The position numbers and the translations under genes were made by a program. Shown here in pieces: positions 51,157 through 63,635 of a DNA stretch of 64,000 bases. A model generated the notes under the pieces. That model was not told where the DNA came from, did not search any database, and worked only from the letters and a program-made list of their open reading frames with translations. Every line of letters begins with the position of its first letter. Within the stretch, counting starts at the first letter, position 1. The stretch is from Dimorphilus gyrociliatus. Its lineage: Eukaryota; Animalia; Annelida. The stretch covers positions 496,001-560,000 of the forward strand of contig CAJFCJ010000016.1 in NCBI GenBank assembly GCA_904063045.1, in the 5' to 3' direction.

Positions 51157-52008
51157 ATGAACGAAACACAATCAGAATGGCTTGTTGAAGATCATATAGC
51201 ATATATATTCATAGCATATATTTCAACAATCTTTGTTTTGGGAATATTTGGTAATGTATTGATAATTCTAATATATAAAGCAAGAGAAAAGAACAGCTCA
51301 AAAGCTTTTATTATGGGTTTGGCAATAATTGATCTATCTTCATGTATAGTCTTTGTACCTCTTCACATTGTTCATGTATTTGGCTTGTTGAGTTATGAAC
51401 TTGAATATATATTTACAGATGTTTTAGCCTTCGGCTTTATTCTTATAGGAATTTTCTTCGTTTCAACAGCTTTTGATAGATACTTTGCTTTGGCAAAACC
51501 TCTGCTATTCTTGTTAAATTACAGAAGAGCGATTTATGTGATCATTTTGGATATTGTTATTGCTCTTATTATAACTGCACTCTTTGAAATCTTTACTCTA
51601 TTTCTATTAGATTACTACGCTCTGTTCAGATACTTTGTAATTGGCTCGTCTTTAGTTATAGTAGTTATTCTCTATACCCTGGCTTTTTTAGCATTAAAGA
51701 AAAGAGAAAATATTCAAATTAACGTCCCCAACGAATTAAATTCAAAGCAGCAAAAAAATAAGCAAGAAGCTATAAGAATGGCTAAAGTTCTCGTTGTTCT
51801 AACTATTTTATTCACTTTGGCTTATGTCCCCTATATGATATATGACGCTATTCCGGAGAGACTACGTTTCTTATTGATAAGATTATATCATCTAAATAAT
51901 ATTCTTAATTTCCCTGTCTACTATGTTTCAAGTAGTCGTTTTAGAAAAGAAGCTAGTAATACCTTACGTTCATTTAGATTACCATTCTTTAAAAGACGTT
52001 TTATGTAA
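51157..52008 (+). CDS. Orphan class A (rhodopsin-like) GPCR, intronless, 283 aa
   Basis: TM1 GIFGNVLII, TM2 LAIIDL, TM3 AFDRY, TM6 FTLAYVP and TM7 LNFPVYYVSSSRFRKE. Confidence 0.85.
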   Translation: MNETQSEWLVEDHIAYIFIAYISTIFVLGIFGNVLIILIYKAREKNSSKAFIMGLAIIDLSSCIVFVPLHIVHVFGLLSYELEYIFTDVLAFGFILIGIFFVSTAFDRYFALAKPLLFLLNYRRAIYVIILDIVIALIITALFEIFTLFLLDYYALFRYFVIGSSLVIVVILYTLAFLALKKRENIQINVPNELNSKQQKNKQEAIRMAKVLVVLTILFTLAYVPYMIYDAIPERLRFLLIRLYHLNNILNFPVYYVSSSRFRKEASNTLRSFRLPFFKRRFM

Positions 52009-52754
52009 TACTGGCTAGTTAATTTTTAATTATAAAATCTTAATGTTGTCATTATCTCATTCCGTCTCCTCTCTTTTCAAATCCTGCTGTCTATTTATTA
52101 CTTTTCAAAGAATATTATTGCAAATTAAGAAGATAAAACAAACGTTCTTACATCTTTGTTGGTTTATCTATTGACTGAGATAACTTAATACAATGGACAA
52201 TACTGTATTTCTTTATAAACTCATAACACTAAATAAACAATCAATAGAAATCGTTTTACTTGATGTATTCTTGTAAATTTATAGAAACACTATTTCTTTA
52301 TAATACATTATATACAGTATTTTCAGAATTAATTATAACTAAGCAGGATAATTATGAGAAAAGAACACATTAATAATATATATTTAGAAGTATTTGTATA
52401 TTAGCTATTTTCTATTAATCATAGAGAGTAATAGCATTCATTTCTTTCAGCTATGAGACAACTGAAACTCTTCTCCAAGTGTAAATTAGCATAATAACTC
52501 ATAAATATACTCCATTATCTGGTAGAAAAAAATCCCAATTACCCTTTTTTAACTAGACTTCCGATATTTTTACGCGAATATTATATTTCACAGTAAGTTG
52601 AAGAGTAAGATTTTTAAATTTTGCAGCCTAGAGTTGTATCATGTCATTCTTGGCGATATACATAACTCTTACCAGTTGTATTTACACAGTTGACAAAATC
52701 ATAAACTTACGATAATTCTCTACTCAGTCATTTTTCATTAATAATATACTGTAT

Positions 52755-54803
52755 TTATACTATTATACTGTATATAATGTGGTAAATGCTTTCCCGGAAG
52801 ATGGAGCAAGCAATATCAAAAACCATGTTGTAAAGGTTTACTTTTAGAGCGTCACCCATTTTAGAAAAGGAAAAGCGTCTCTTTTTAGCCTCTTTAGATA
52901 TAATAGAATCGGCTATATCAATACTTCTTTCATTATCTTCACGTCTGATCGTTAAAATCTTTAATTGTTTTTGAATATCTTTTGTTTTGCTTAAGAGATC
53001 TTTTACTTCGTTTGTGCAACAACTATCTGGTAAGTATAATTCTTCAATTTGACTAATATTATTATCCACAATGTTTTGGAATAGGGTCTTTGCAACCGAA
53101 GCTCCTATGCTGTTGTAACTACAAGATAAAACCTTTAAATTTTTCAACTTTCCAACGGCATTACCAAAACTATCACCAATTTCATTATCCATTCCTATAT
53201 TGGCTACATACAATTTCGAGATTTTGTGACAGTGTCTCTCAATGTTTTGAAATACTGTTTTTGCAGGTTTGCTTCCAATCTTGTTACTATTCATATTAAA
53301 CTCTTCCAAATTAACTTGTTTACCTACAGCCTTTCCCAAGATATTTCCAATATCCTTTCCAATAGCTGTGTTTTGAATAATAAGAACAGTCAACTTCCAA
53401 CAATTGTCTGCAATATTTTGAAGAATAGGTCGAGCGCCAATAGAACCAATTTTATTGTAACTGAAGGAGAGCATTTGTAATTCTCTTTGTTTACCAATAG
53501 CTTTGCCTGCAATATATGTATTCTTTTTATCCAAGTTAATATTCGCAAAGTATAGTTTCTTTATCTTTGAACAATTTTGAGCAATGTTTGTAAACAAAGA
53601 TGTTGCAACCTCAGTCTCAATGTTATTATTATTTATAAAGAGTATTTCTAGGTTAACCAGTTTAGAAATAGCCGCACCAAATGCATCTGCAATATGTTCA
53701 TTAGTTAAATTATACTTCGAAAGAGAGAATTCAGTAATAGAACTGTAGCGGTTGTCCACAATACATTGAAAAATATGTTTTATATCTGTTTCATTCGATG
53801 GATTAATAACTAAACTAGTACCTTTTAAAGCACTGCCTACAAATTTGCTTGTATTTTTTTCCAGATCAGTTAAATCAGAAGGAGTGACGTCCTTACATTG
53901 TCTTTGTACAGTTTTAGGCTTTTTTTTTAGTTGAAAATCAACTAGTTCGTACTCTTGAGCTAAAAAACTGCATTTTATCCAGATAACAAAAGGAAAATGG
54001 TAATTATCTTCTATTATTACTTTTCGAAAGATATCAGAATCTTTTACATTCAACAATTCTTCAGTTTCATCAACGAATATTAAAACTTTTAATGGCATTG
54101 TAGAGTTATTCTGTTTATCCATATAGTACAAGAAAGCATTCAACGTTAGTGGTGTCTGAAAGGTATCGGGAAAATTTTGCTTAAAGAGATTCTCTTCAAG
54201 AGAAATATCAAAATCAACTTTGTCTCCAGATAATCTCAATATTAACAAATCTTCTTTTAGTACAAGTTTTTTTGAAGCATAGAGATAAATTAACCAATTA
54301 CTATAAATAGTTCCTTTATTATTTTTATCATCTATAACTAATTTATTATGTTCTTCTTGTAAAACTTTTAAAAGTATTGTTTTAGTTTCGTTTTCCAAGT
54401 CACTGTTATAGGATTGATCCATTAATATTTGAAATTCTGGAATTTTATCATGCGTTTCAGAAAGATGTAATTGTTTAGAATTGTTTATAAATTTATTCCA
54501 ATCTGTTCTAATATCTTGTGATAAATTTTGAAATTTTTCCGACATTTTGTTCAGAATATCCGTTATTACATGAGTTTTAGCAGTTTTAAAATAGTTATGG
54601 AAGACTTCAGAAGAAATCTTTTCAAATTCATCTGCTTTCAATATTTCATCGTCTATGCTTTCTCGAGAGCATTGATCAATTTGTCCATAACTTTGAAGAT
54701 ATTTCAAAAATATCTGAAGATTCTCCCCGTCATGTTCAAATAGTTGTTTAAATTCATTTTCGAACTGTGCAAGAATCCCGTTAATTAGTGAACGATTAGC
54801 CAT
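52755..54803 (-). CDS. Ribonuclease-inhibitor-type LRR protein (NLR-like C-terminus); ends probably spliced
   Basis: 682-codon open frame. The C-terminal half alternates about 28/29-aa LRRs (KLVNLEILFINNNNI, KQRELQMLSFSYNKI, KQVNLEEFNMNSNKI, KLKNLKVLSCSYNSI interleaved with CSKIKKLYFAN-type units). There is an acceptor before the ATG and a donor at AAG|GTAAAC near 52838. Confidence 0.75.
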   Translation of the reverse strand: MANRSLINGILAQFENEFKQLFEHDGENLQIFLKYLQSYGQIDQCSRESIDDEILKADEFEKISSEVFHNYFKTAKTHVITDILNKMSEKFQNLSQDIRTDWNKFINNSKQLHLSETHDKIPEFQILMDQSYNSDLENETKTILLKVLQEEHNKLVIDDKNNKGTIYSNWLIYLYASKKLVLKEDLLILRLSGDKVDFDISLEENLFKQNFPDTFQTPLTLNAFLYYMDKQNNSTMPLKVLIFVDETEELLNVKDSDIFRKVIIEDNYHFPFVIWIKCSFLAQEYELVDFQLKKKPKTVQRQCKDVTPSDLTDLEKNTSKFVGSALKGTSLVINPSNETDIKHIFQCIVDNRYSSITEFSLSKYNLTNEHIADAFGAAISKLVNLEILFINNNNIETEVATSLFTNIAQNCSKIKKLYFANINLDKKNTYIAGKAIGKQRELQMLSFSYNKIGSIGARPILQNIADNCWKLTVLIIQNTAIGKDIGNILGKAVGKQVNLEEFNMNSNKIGSKPAKTVFQNIERHCHKISKLYVANIGMDNEIGDSFGNAVGKLKNLKVLSCSYNSIGASVAKTLFQNIVDNNISQIEELYLPDSCCTNEVKDLLSKTKDIQKQLKILTIRREDNERSIDIADSIISKEAKKRRFSFSKMGDALKVNLYNMVFDIACSIFRESIYHIIYSIIV

Positions 54804-55480
54804 ACTGCATTGTAGCTCTTTAGATTATAAAAGAAAATAATTTAATTGCTAAAAATTCTCAATAATCTGGATTTATCGCTCTTTCAGTTTAAAAGGCCAT
54901 TTTGAATATACTGTATAACAGATACTGTGGCTCGTATAGGCATGTATCGATTACTTATCGAATAATAAAAAACAGAAGTTTAATAAAACTTGAACTTAAC
55001 TTTGAGCTTTCAGAGTATACCATTTTAATAAAACTATGACCAATCTAGCAATTTTATGAAATAGATAAAGATTTGAACTTTACTCCTACTATTTTCTCAT
55101 TACGATTGCCTTTTATGTATTCTGTATAATTTTTTATTGAGCGATAAATGATTGAATGATAAAATTACAGTATTGTGTTAAACTCTTGAATGAAGAAGCG
55201 GTAAATGACAAACTACAAAAAAAGGAAATGACAATATGATTACATATTTGCATAATAATTTTTTTTACTGCAAAAATAATGAAAATTGAATTAACTATCT
55301 ATTGAATTTATAATGGTCCTATTCAAATATTACTGTAAAATTTATGCAAATAATTCTAGAGTGGTATCTGTTATTTCCTTATTTTCTTGATTCGATTCAA
55401 AAGTTTTTTGACCTTATATAGGTAATTTTTTATTCAAGAGAAATAATTGCTTGTCATTGTTACGGAGTCTTACCTATAAA

Positions 55481-56253
55481 ATGACAAAAATACCTATAAA
55501 TCCTTTTATACTTATTCTGGTTCTTATACCAATATTAATAAGCTGTCAAGTTGAACCTTACAAAGCAGGTTTGAAATTTTCATATTATATAATTAGTTAA
55601 GAGATGTTGTTTACTGTTGAAAAAAACTTTAGGTACGTATGAATGGAGGAAGCATATAAAGCAGGGTATAGCTGGCAACAACGTCGCAAAGTACGAAGGA
55701 ATTACAGACTGGAGAGAGTGTTTACTAAAGTGTCTCGAAAAACCGATAGTTAATGGAACGAAGTGTTTAACTGTAGATCATTCAGTAGTTAGTAGTTAAA
55801 ATGTGTGGTTTATGAATAAATCTTTTATTTACCATAAGTATTTTATTCATCAGAAGGGCAACTGTTTTTTAAATAGTCTAAACATTACTGGGGCAGTACA
55901 CGGAAATTTTCTCCACACATATCAAGATTATGATCTCTATGAAATTGTTTCACACGTAAGAAAACATTTTATTAGTTCTATATATAATTTAACATATTTT
56001 TACTTTTTTCAAGACAACTTTCGTGGAAGATTACTTCGTAAAGATTAGTTATAAGGAAAAGGATGATAAAGCAGCTGGTCTCTTTAAAATTCATCCATAT
56101 ATATGTGTTGAAGAAGGAGTAAATGTGAATACCGTACACTTACAAGTGAAGAGTAGGAGTAGCTGCGTTTTTTCGTGCATTACCTTTTCCTGTATTTATC
56201 TTCATGCAGTGTACGAATCTTTTAATAACTATTTGTGTAAATTATATTACTGA
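55481..56253 (+). CDS. Small secreted protein with two PAN/apple-like domains, 4 exons
   Basis: Signal MTKIPINPFILILVLIPILISC. Domain 1 GIAGNNVAKYEGITDWRECLLKCL..CLTVDHS/GNCFLNS. Domain 2 HPYICVE..SRSSCVFSCITFSCIYL..YLCKLYY. The Cys spacing C-x3-C..C..C-x-L is PAN-like. Confidence 0.6.
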
Positions 56254-56760
56254 GTAAGTTGTGAAGTAATGCTCTATGATGTATAATACATTTATTATCG
56301 GAATTATATACTGTTATGTGGTTAGTAAACAGATATTTGGTTTTCAAGAAACAAGAATAGAGTCAGAATAATTCGCTTAAAAAGTCAAAAACTATTGAAT
56401 TTTTCATTCAAAACACTTTTTAGGATGTTTATAATTAAACAAAATATTCTTAACTTCCTTTTTCTAATGTTATTTATAACGTTGTTGTTTTTTGATAAGA
56501 GATATCTTTTAATCATTTCTAAATTGAAACTAGATTTTAAAGTTCCCCTGAATTGGTTTAACCTTTTATAACTTTCGTTATAAATACTTTTAAATTATTT
56601 ATAGAAAATCTATATCGAGTTTAAGTGCATAAAATCTATAGTTTTGCGTCTTTTCAAGGACGAAGTAAAATTTAATAAGATACAGTTAATAAGATACACA
56701 ATAAAGAAAGCTTTTAAATTATCATTTAATGTATTTTCGTTTCAATTTTGAGGATTTAAA

Positions 56761-58066
56761 TTAAGTTTTTGAAAGATAAAATAAAGAGAAACTTGTTACA
56801 TCAAATGTATTTTGCAATGCTGAATTTCTCGTTACCAGAAATTGAAGAATATCTCCCTTATTTAATTTAATTAGCATGGTTCGAGAGTGAGTTAAGGTGC
56901 TGCCTGACCAGTTCATTCTGTTCTCATAAGTTAAAAAGAGTCCCTGGCTTTTTCTGTTCACAAGAATATCTATTTCCAATTTCTCAGATATGCTCGACCC
57001 GGCACTTAAACTTAGAAAATATATCCCACTTGCCCATACTTCATAAGTGTTGTCAGCATTATTCCAGAAATTTCCAATCTGGTAATAAATGTTTTTAAAC
57101 GGAATTGCGTCTAATTCCATTGCACCACGCCATCTATATAAAGAGTAGGCACTGAATGCAGGCCTTTCAATATCAGCGTCTATTTTAAACACCGTCAGAG
57201 ATCCCAATAATTTTGAACCAACTGCATTTGAAGATGAGACTGAAATTCGATCATTTTTCTTCAATTCGAGTACCCAAGATTTGGACACGACCTGGCTATT
57301 ACTAGACTGTTTTGAATATCCAAATAATATTTTACTAGAAAACCCTGTATTTTGTGAGTTCGAAATTGTTAGGGTTACTTCATAAGATGTTTCGTATTTT
57401 TCAATTCCAATAGAAATACTAATAAAGTAAACACCATCTTCGATAATTCTAGGGGTTAATGTATCATAACCTATACCTTCCAGAGCTTGAACATCATTGA
57501 AAATTACCCGTCGACTATTCATGCCTGTATATCTCCCATAGAATATATTGTTGGTTGGATATCGAAACATTGCCCACGATAAAGCTTTTGATGATCCGTC
57601 ACTGTATGCTATTGAATTATTACCACGAGTAGTTAGAAAAACGTCTCTATTAGAGGTTACTTTTGCGACAGAAATTCTGCTGGTCATTGACACTCCTTCA
57701 TTAAAAGTCCCATTAACATCTATTCGGTCACCTCCAAACGCTCCAACATGCTCCAAAGAAAGTGTTTTAGATGTTGTAGTTGAGGAGGTTACAGCCGAAA
57801 TGTAATAGCCATTTTCTCTTATATTTGCCTGATTTGAAGTTGAATTGAATAAAGAATTTTGATTGAATTGAATTTCATCAAACTGTAAAGAAGTTTCCTT
57901 TTTGTAAAACTTTCTTTGTGTATTATGAACAAAGAAAAGTGGTTGATCTTTTTTAAAGATAAATTGAAAAAAAGTAAGAAAAGAAGTATGAAAACAAAGA
58001 CTAATCAATCAACAAACCACATATAGACATAGCTGGAAATAAAATAAAAAGGCTCCAGAATAGCAT
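56761..58066 (-). CDS. Secreted triple-gC1q protein (paralog 2)
   Basis: Signal exon MLFWSLFILFPAMSIC (ATG 58066), then DQPLFF..NGYYISAV..DGVYFISISI..LELKKNDRI..PAFSA..IGNFWN..SGIYFLSLS..LNKGDIL..TSFSLFYL. Confidence 0.75.
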
Positions 58067-58291
58067 TTTTTTAATCTTTCGTACTCTTTCTTCTAAACTG
58101 TAGTTTAGGGAAATTTTCAATTGTTTATATACAAAATCCTACTGGGGAACAAACGAACTTTCCCATGAGATAAACGTTATCAGTTCTATTTAAATTTTTT
58201 CAAGAGCTTTCCACAAAACGCAAAAATATTTAAAGTAATTATATTGTGATGACAAAGATATAGATTATATTGAATTTGTATTGACAAATTT

Positions 58292-59565
58292 TTAAAGAGG
58301 CGAAACATAAAAAATAGTAAAGCCAGTATAGAATAATCTAGTATTTCTGGTCAATCCGCTATCAATAACAAATTGTAGTTTATCACCCTTTTCCAGCCTC
58401 AACAGCATTGTTTTTGTTACGGCATGTGTACCCGAAAACGATCTACTACCGTGAAAAAGTTTTCCCGCTATAGTTTCGTTTATCATGATATCTATACTCA
58501 ATCTTGAAGAGGGTTGAGCATCAACAGTTAACGTCAGAAAGTAGACGCCTTCTGTCCATACTTCGTACGCATGATCTCTTGAATTCCAATGATTTCCTAT
58601 TTCAGCATCTCTGACAGGAAAATCAAGGAATTTTGTGTCAGTTACCTCATTACTAAAGCGGTTCATTGCGGGTAATGCTGAGTCTTTTTCTATTTGAAAT
58701 AAAGCTAATGAACTATGTTCCTTTAAAATGGGCCTATTTCCGTTTCCTTTGAATGATATTTCATCATTTTTATCTAAATAAATAATCCACGACTTTGAAA
58801 GAATTTTGGTGTAAACTGACCCTGAAGCGGAGCCAAATCCTACTTGTCCATTAGAGTATTCATTCCTGTTTCGAAAGAGATTAACCTTAGAGCTTGGACC
58901 TTTTTCAATATCGATAGATATGCTAATAAAATATAAGCCCTTTTCTGTAATCCGAATAGTTTTGCCAAAATATCCAATATTTTGGTTTGCAACTATGTCG
59001 TGAAACAGTAAGTAGCTGTTACGGTCCATTCCAGTGTATCTCCCATAAAATACATTTTCAGTCTTGTAATAAAACATTAGCCAAGATGTAGCTTTGGAAG
59101 AACTGTCCGCGAAGGTTATCGAAGTATTTTGAAAGGCTTTGATATGTACTTTTTGGGAACTTGATATTCTTGCAACAGAAACTCTACTTGCCGTTGCAGT
59201 TCCAGTAATTAATCTTCCATCAACAGCAATTCTATCTCCTCCAAACGAGCCATCGTGAGCAACATAACCAATGCTCTGAGCTACAGTAGCGATACATACT
59301 GAAGAAATATAATACCCATTTTTATCGACAATTGCCTCATTTAATGATGAATTAAATAAGTTTCCATTATTAATTCCAACCTTTTCCCAATTCAATTTCT
59401 CTTCAGCGTGATGTGTTCCTGTAGTTTCATTATAAACATAAAACGCAGGTTGACACCCTATTGATATAAAAAAGACTTTTAGAAGATGTAACAAAAATTT
59501 ACAAACTACAAACAACAAATTTGAAGAAATGTTTGCCAAATAAGAAATATCTTCTTGATAGACAT
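58292..59565 (-). CDS. Secreted triple-gC1q protein (paralog 3)
   Basis: Tentative signal exon from ATG 59565. It shares FGGDRI, SRVSVA, FYGRYTGM, IGNHWN..YEVW..GVYFLTLT and LEKGDKL motifs with paralog 2. Confidence 0.75.
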
Positions 59566-59775
59566 AATTCTTCTTTTCGTACTTTTCTTAAATTTGATAT
59601 GTAAGCTTCTGAAATATCTTTAAATTTTTTTAATTTAAACTATATAGATACAGGAAGATAAACAGATGGACTTTTTTCCCATTGTTTTGTATTGAATGTA
59701 AAATAGTTGTATTTTTCATTTATCAACAACTAATAGTAAAAATGTTGATATTAATATTACAGAACAATCTGTTCA

Positions 59776-60693
59776 TTAGTTAACAACGTAAGTTTTCCCT
59801 AATTTTCTTTTCTTCTTTCTTCGCTTTTTAAATAGTTCTTCGCTATTCGCTGTGATAATTGTTGGAGGACCATCCTCTAAATGCTTCCTTAGACCATTGG
59901 CTACGTAACGCTTTGGTGATGCTAATTGCGGTTGGTGATTGCTTTTAATTGGTTGTAGATTGTTATGACTAGAAGATTTTGTTGAAGTTAATTCGGTTTC
60001 CTCATCTCCTGAAGATTTTTGGTTTCGGCTTTGAGTTGTATTTTTTATGGAGAGGCTATAGAGGTAATTTTCGGATTCAGGTAAATAGTCATTCTCCGGT
60101 TTCACAATCAGATATCTGAATGTACAGAGAAGAAAAAAGTTAAATATTATAGGCTCCTATACCAACGAAATACAATATAATATTGAATACCTTAGTAATT
60201 TTTTCCTAAAAATTATTATAAAGATTAGGCCTAGTAGAATAGCTAATGAAAGACAAACAAAAGTAGCTATTGTTTCTCCCCTATTCAATTTCCATTCTGT
60301 AACAAAACAAAAAAACAAGAAAAGGAAAAAATTAAAACTGAAAGAAAACTGGGAGCATAAATTGATTTTATATAAAAAGAAATAAATATATATATATATA
60401 TAAATGAGTAGACGAATATAATTTGCTTTTTATTGGTTTAATAGATTAATAGCGTGCGTTAAAATTGCTTAATTTCTTCTTTTTTTTTAAAAAAAAAAAA
60501 AAGAAATACACGTCTAACTAAACTAAGATAGAATGGTTAACTATATTTTATGTCTTCTGAGAACGATATTTACCAGTATTTTCAATTAAATCAAGACTTT
60601 TAGCTGTTGTTTCTTGATTAATAGCCGTCGATTTTTCTATGTAGGTAAAATCGATCGTGCTCATTCTTTGAGACGGATCAATAGTCGTTTGAA
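59776..60693 (-). CDS. Single-pass membrane protein of unknown family (3' exons only; 5' exons unresolved, possibly up to about 61530)
   Basis: T/S-rich exon (QTTIDPSQRMSTIDFT..), TM exon (IATFVCLSLAILLGLIFIIIF followed by RKK) and cytoplasmic exon (RYLIVKPENDY..KKRRKKKRKLGKTYVVN*) join phase-consistently. Confidence 0.6.
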
Positions 60694-63635
60694 CTGTATT
60701 GAATGATTAATTAAATGAAAATAAGAAAAAGCAGATGGCGTTAGTGAGTTAACTTCTGCAAAAGTAATGAGAGGAATACCAGATTTCGTACTTGGTTGTA
60801 AAATTTAGTAAATACTGCATTGAAAAACAATCAACTATTACCAAAATCCTTAATACGTTGTTAATTTCCTGTATACCCTTTGCCAAATAAACAAAAATCT
60901 GGAACATTTTACCTATTAACTCAGAAATTGCCCTATAAATAATTAGTTACAGTAGGAAAAATACATTTTACACAAGATATCCTGAATATTCTTCTAGAAT
61001 GTCGGAAATCGGAAATGAATGAGGAGATTCGAGCATCTCTTTCGAAAATTTCCAGTTTTCTTAGCGTAGCTTTGCCCTGTTAATCTTTTTTCATTCTCAA
61101 TAAAAATCTGGTATTCATCTCAAAGATTCGGATTATGGATGAAAGGCGTGAAGATATATGTTTTTTCAATGGGATAAGTTGAATACAAATGAAATAGAAA
61201 GAGTACGTTTGGGAATTAGAGAAGGGAGAAAGAGAGAAAGAGAGAGAAAGTATGAAAAAAGCCAGTTTAGAGAACAAAACGAAAGTAAATATTGATATAA
61301 ATTTATATACAGTATATATATATATATAAAGAAATAAATATAGGTCTAATTGTAATCTTACCATAATCCTTATTGTTCGCTTCTGTTGGGTAATTATAAC
61401 GAGTCATAGAAGCGTTACACTTCATAGAAATACTGCTATTCAACCAAGGAGGTTTAGGTGGTGGTTGTCTGAGAAACTTGGCAAAATTTGGTGGTTCAAT
61501 CCTTTTCAAATTTTTCATTATTTCTCTCATTTAAAGCATACACAGAAAAAACTGGTAAATGTAAAGTTGATGAAAATAAAATTGCAGGCGAGGAGAATGA
61601 GGACGAGAGGAGAATTTTTACGTTCTTTCTCTCTTTTTTTTTCCTTTCTTGTTTATATTCGAGGCTTGATGACTAACACCTGTGTTCTTATTCCACAAGC
61701 TTCTTTACATATACATAGAATATATGTTTGTATCTATATATCTATTATCTAGATATATGTATATATATAATGGTATATATACTGTATGTTTGTCCGTATT
61801 ACAGTATTATATGCTGTTGTTTCCAATTCAAAATTACAAAATTGCGTGATGTCTATCCGGGCCTATCCAGTGTGAGAAACGTCCGTTTGGAATATTAATG
61901 AAATAGAAAAAAAAAGTGAATAGGCCTATCCAACAGAGTTGATTTTAACAGATTTCGTCGAGTGTTTGTTAAGGAGTCTTCAGTCTAGACTCGACCTTTC
62001 TTTTCCTTTTTCAATTTTCTATTCAAAAAAGAAAAAAAGTTCTAAAATTGAAAAAAAGAAAAAAGAAAAAGAAAAAAGAAGAGAAGAAACTAGAATGAAA
62101 AAGTAAAAATGTCAAAAACATTAATACAAAAGAAGCAAATAAATAACATTTTCATTTCGATTGAATTGTTAAAAATATGATCTTTTTTCGTATAAACACT
62201 CTAATTACTGTATATAGTTTATATAGGTTGATTTTGGTTGAGAATAACGCTCTTTATATCGTTAAATACTATTAAATAAAATTAATTTGATTTACTATAG
62301 GCCTTGAACTAGAAAATGGAATAAACATACATAAACTTACCACCAAGTTGATATCAGTGTATTCTTATTTATACTTGTATAAAGCACGTACCGGGTAAAG
62401 TAAAGATCTTTAGAAAGAGACTGCTTTTCTTTTATTTTATTTCCCTTCTCTCTCTCTCTCTCTCTCTCTCCGTCAATAACATCAATCAATCGTTCTGTTT
62501 TATATATAAAACGCCATCTAGCTATCGAAATACTGAGTTTGATATAGGTGGCGTTGTTTTCTTTTTTTGATTGAATAATTAAAAGCGGAAAAGAATTTAT
62601 AATAATTAGTAACAAAGGCTAGAGAGGGTTAGATATTAAAATTTCATGACCTAATTATATGTGATAATTAAATCTTGTAAACAATAATATGAAATATGCA
62701 TAATATTATGAATAAATATTAGTTATATTGTATACAAACTCCATATACACATATATACAGTATATACAGTATATATATATATATATATATTTAATAGTTA
62801 TTATTAGTTTAATATGTACGCTAAGCCTATAATTATAATTATTTGACGCTTTCAAAAATTTTTCTTATGAAAGGAATAAAGAAATGAAAAGAGGAGAAGG
62901 GGAATAAAAAAGAAATTGAAAGGGAAAAACAGTGGAAAGAGAAGAAATATGAATATATATATATATATATATATATGTTTTTCAAGTAAGGAAGAAAGTT
63001 GTAGATAGTGTAAACAATTAATAATAAAAAAGGAATATATAGCCTTCTGGTTAACTTAATTGTTTACTTAACGGTAAAGTAACAAATATAGAAGTCAAAT
63101 GTTTTTTTTTCTTTCTTTCTCTCTCTCTCTCTCTCTCTCTCACTTTCAACTTCAAACGTATGTCTACAATCAATTTTTTTTCACGTTTACCTTATTAATT
63201 ATATGGTTGTTTGTACTCGTAATACAAAAGGTAGGAAAGGAATAAGAGAACACAAGGCTAATTAGTTAAGAGAAATTTGTTAAAATAAATATTAGAATAA
63301 CTATAGAAATAATGAATATTTATATAGCTGAACTATTCAGTTTAATAGTTAAAAATAAGGGTTTTCTTATTTAAAAAACAAAAAAAATGCAGCTAAAAGA
63401 GGAAAAAGTATATAGTATTAAAAATCCTTGTACCGTGAAATACTCTCTATTGTTTTGCATGCCCTCTAGATGGCGCTCTACTCTTAAATTACGTTTAACG
63501 TATATTGATCATAATCTGCTGGAGACCTGAGAAAAATAGACCTCTATGTCCTATTTTAATATCAAATCAGCTTTTTGATAAAGTGAAGTAAGCTGTTAAA
63601 AGCAGTGAAAAAGATTTAACGTTTATTAAGAAAAT

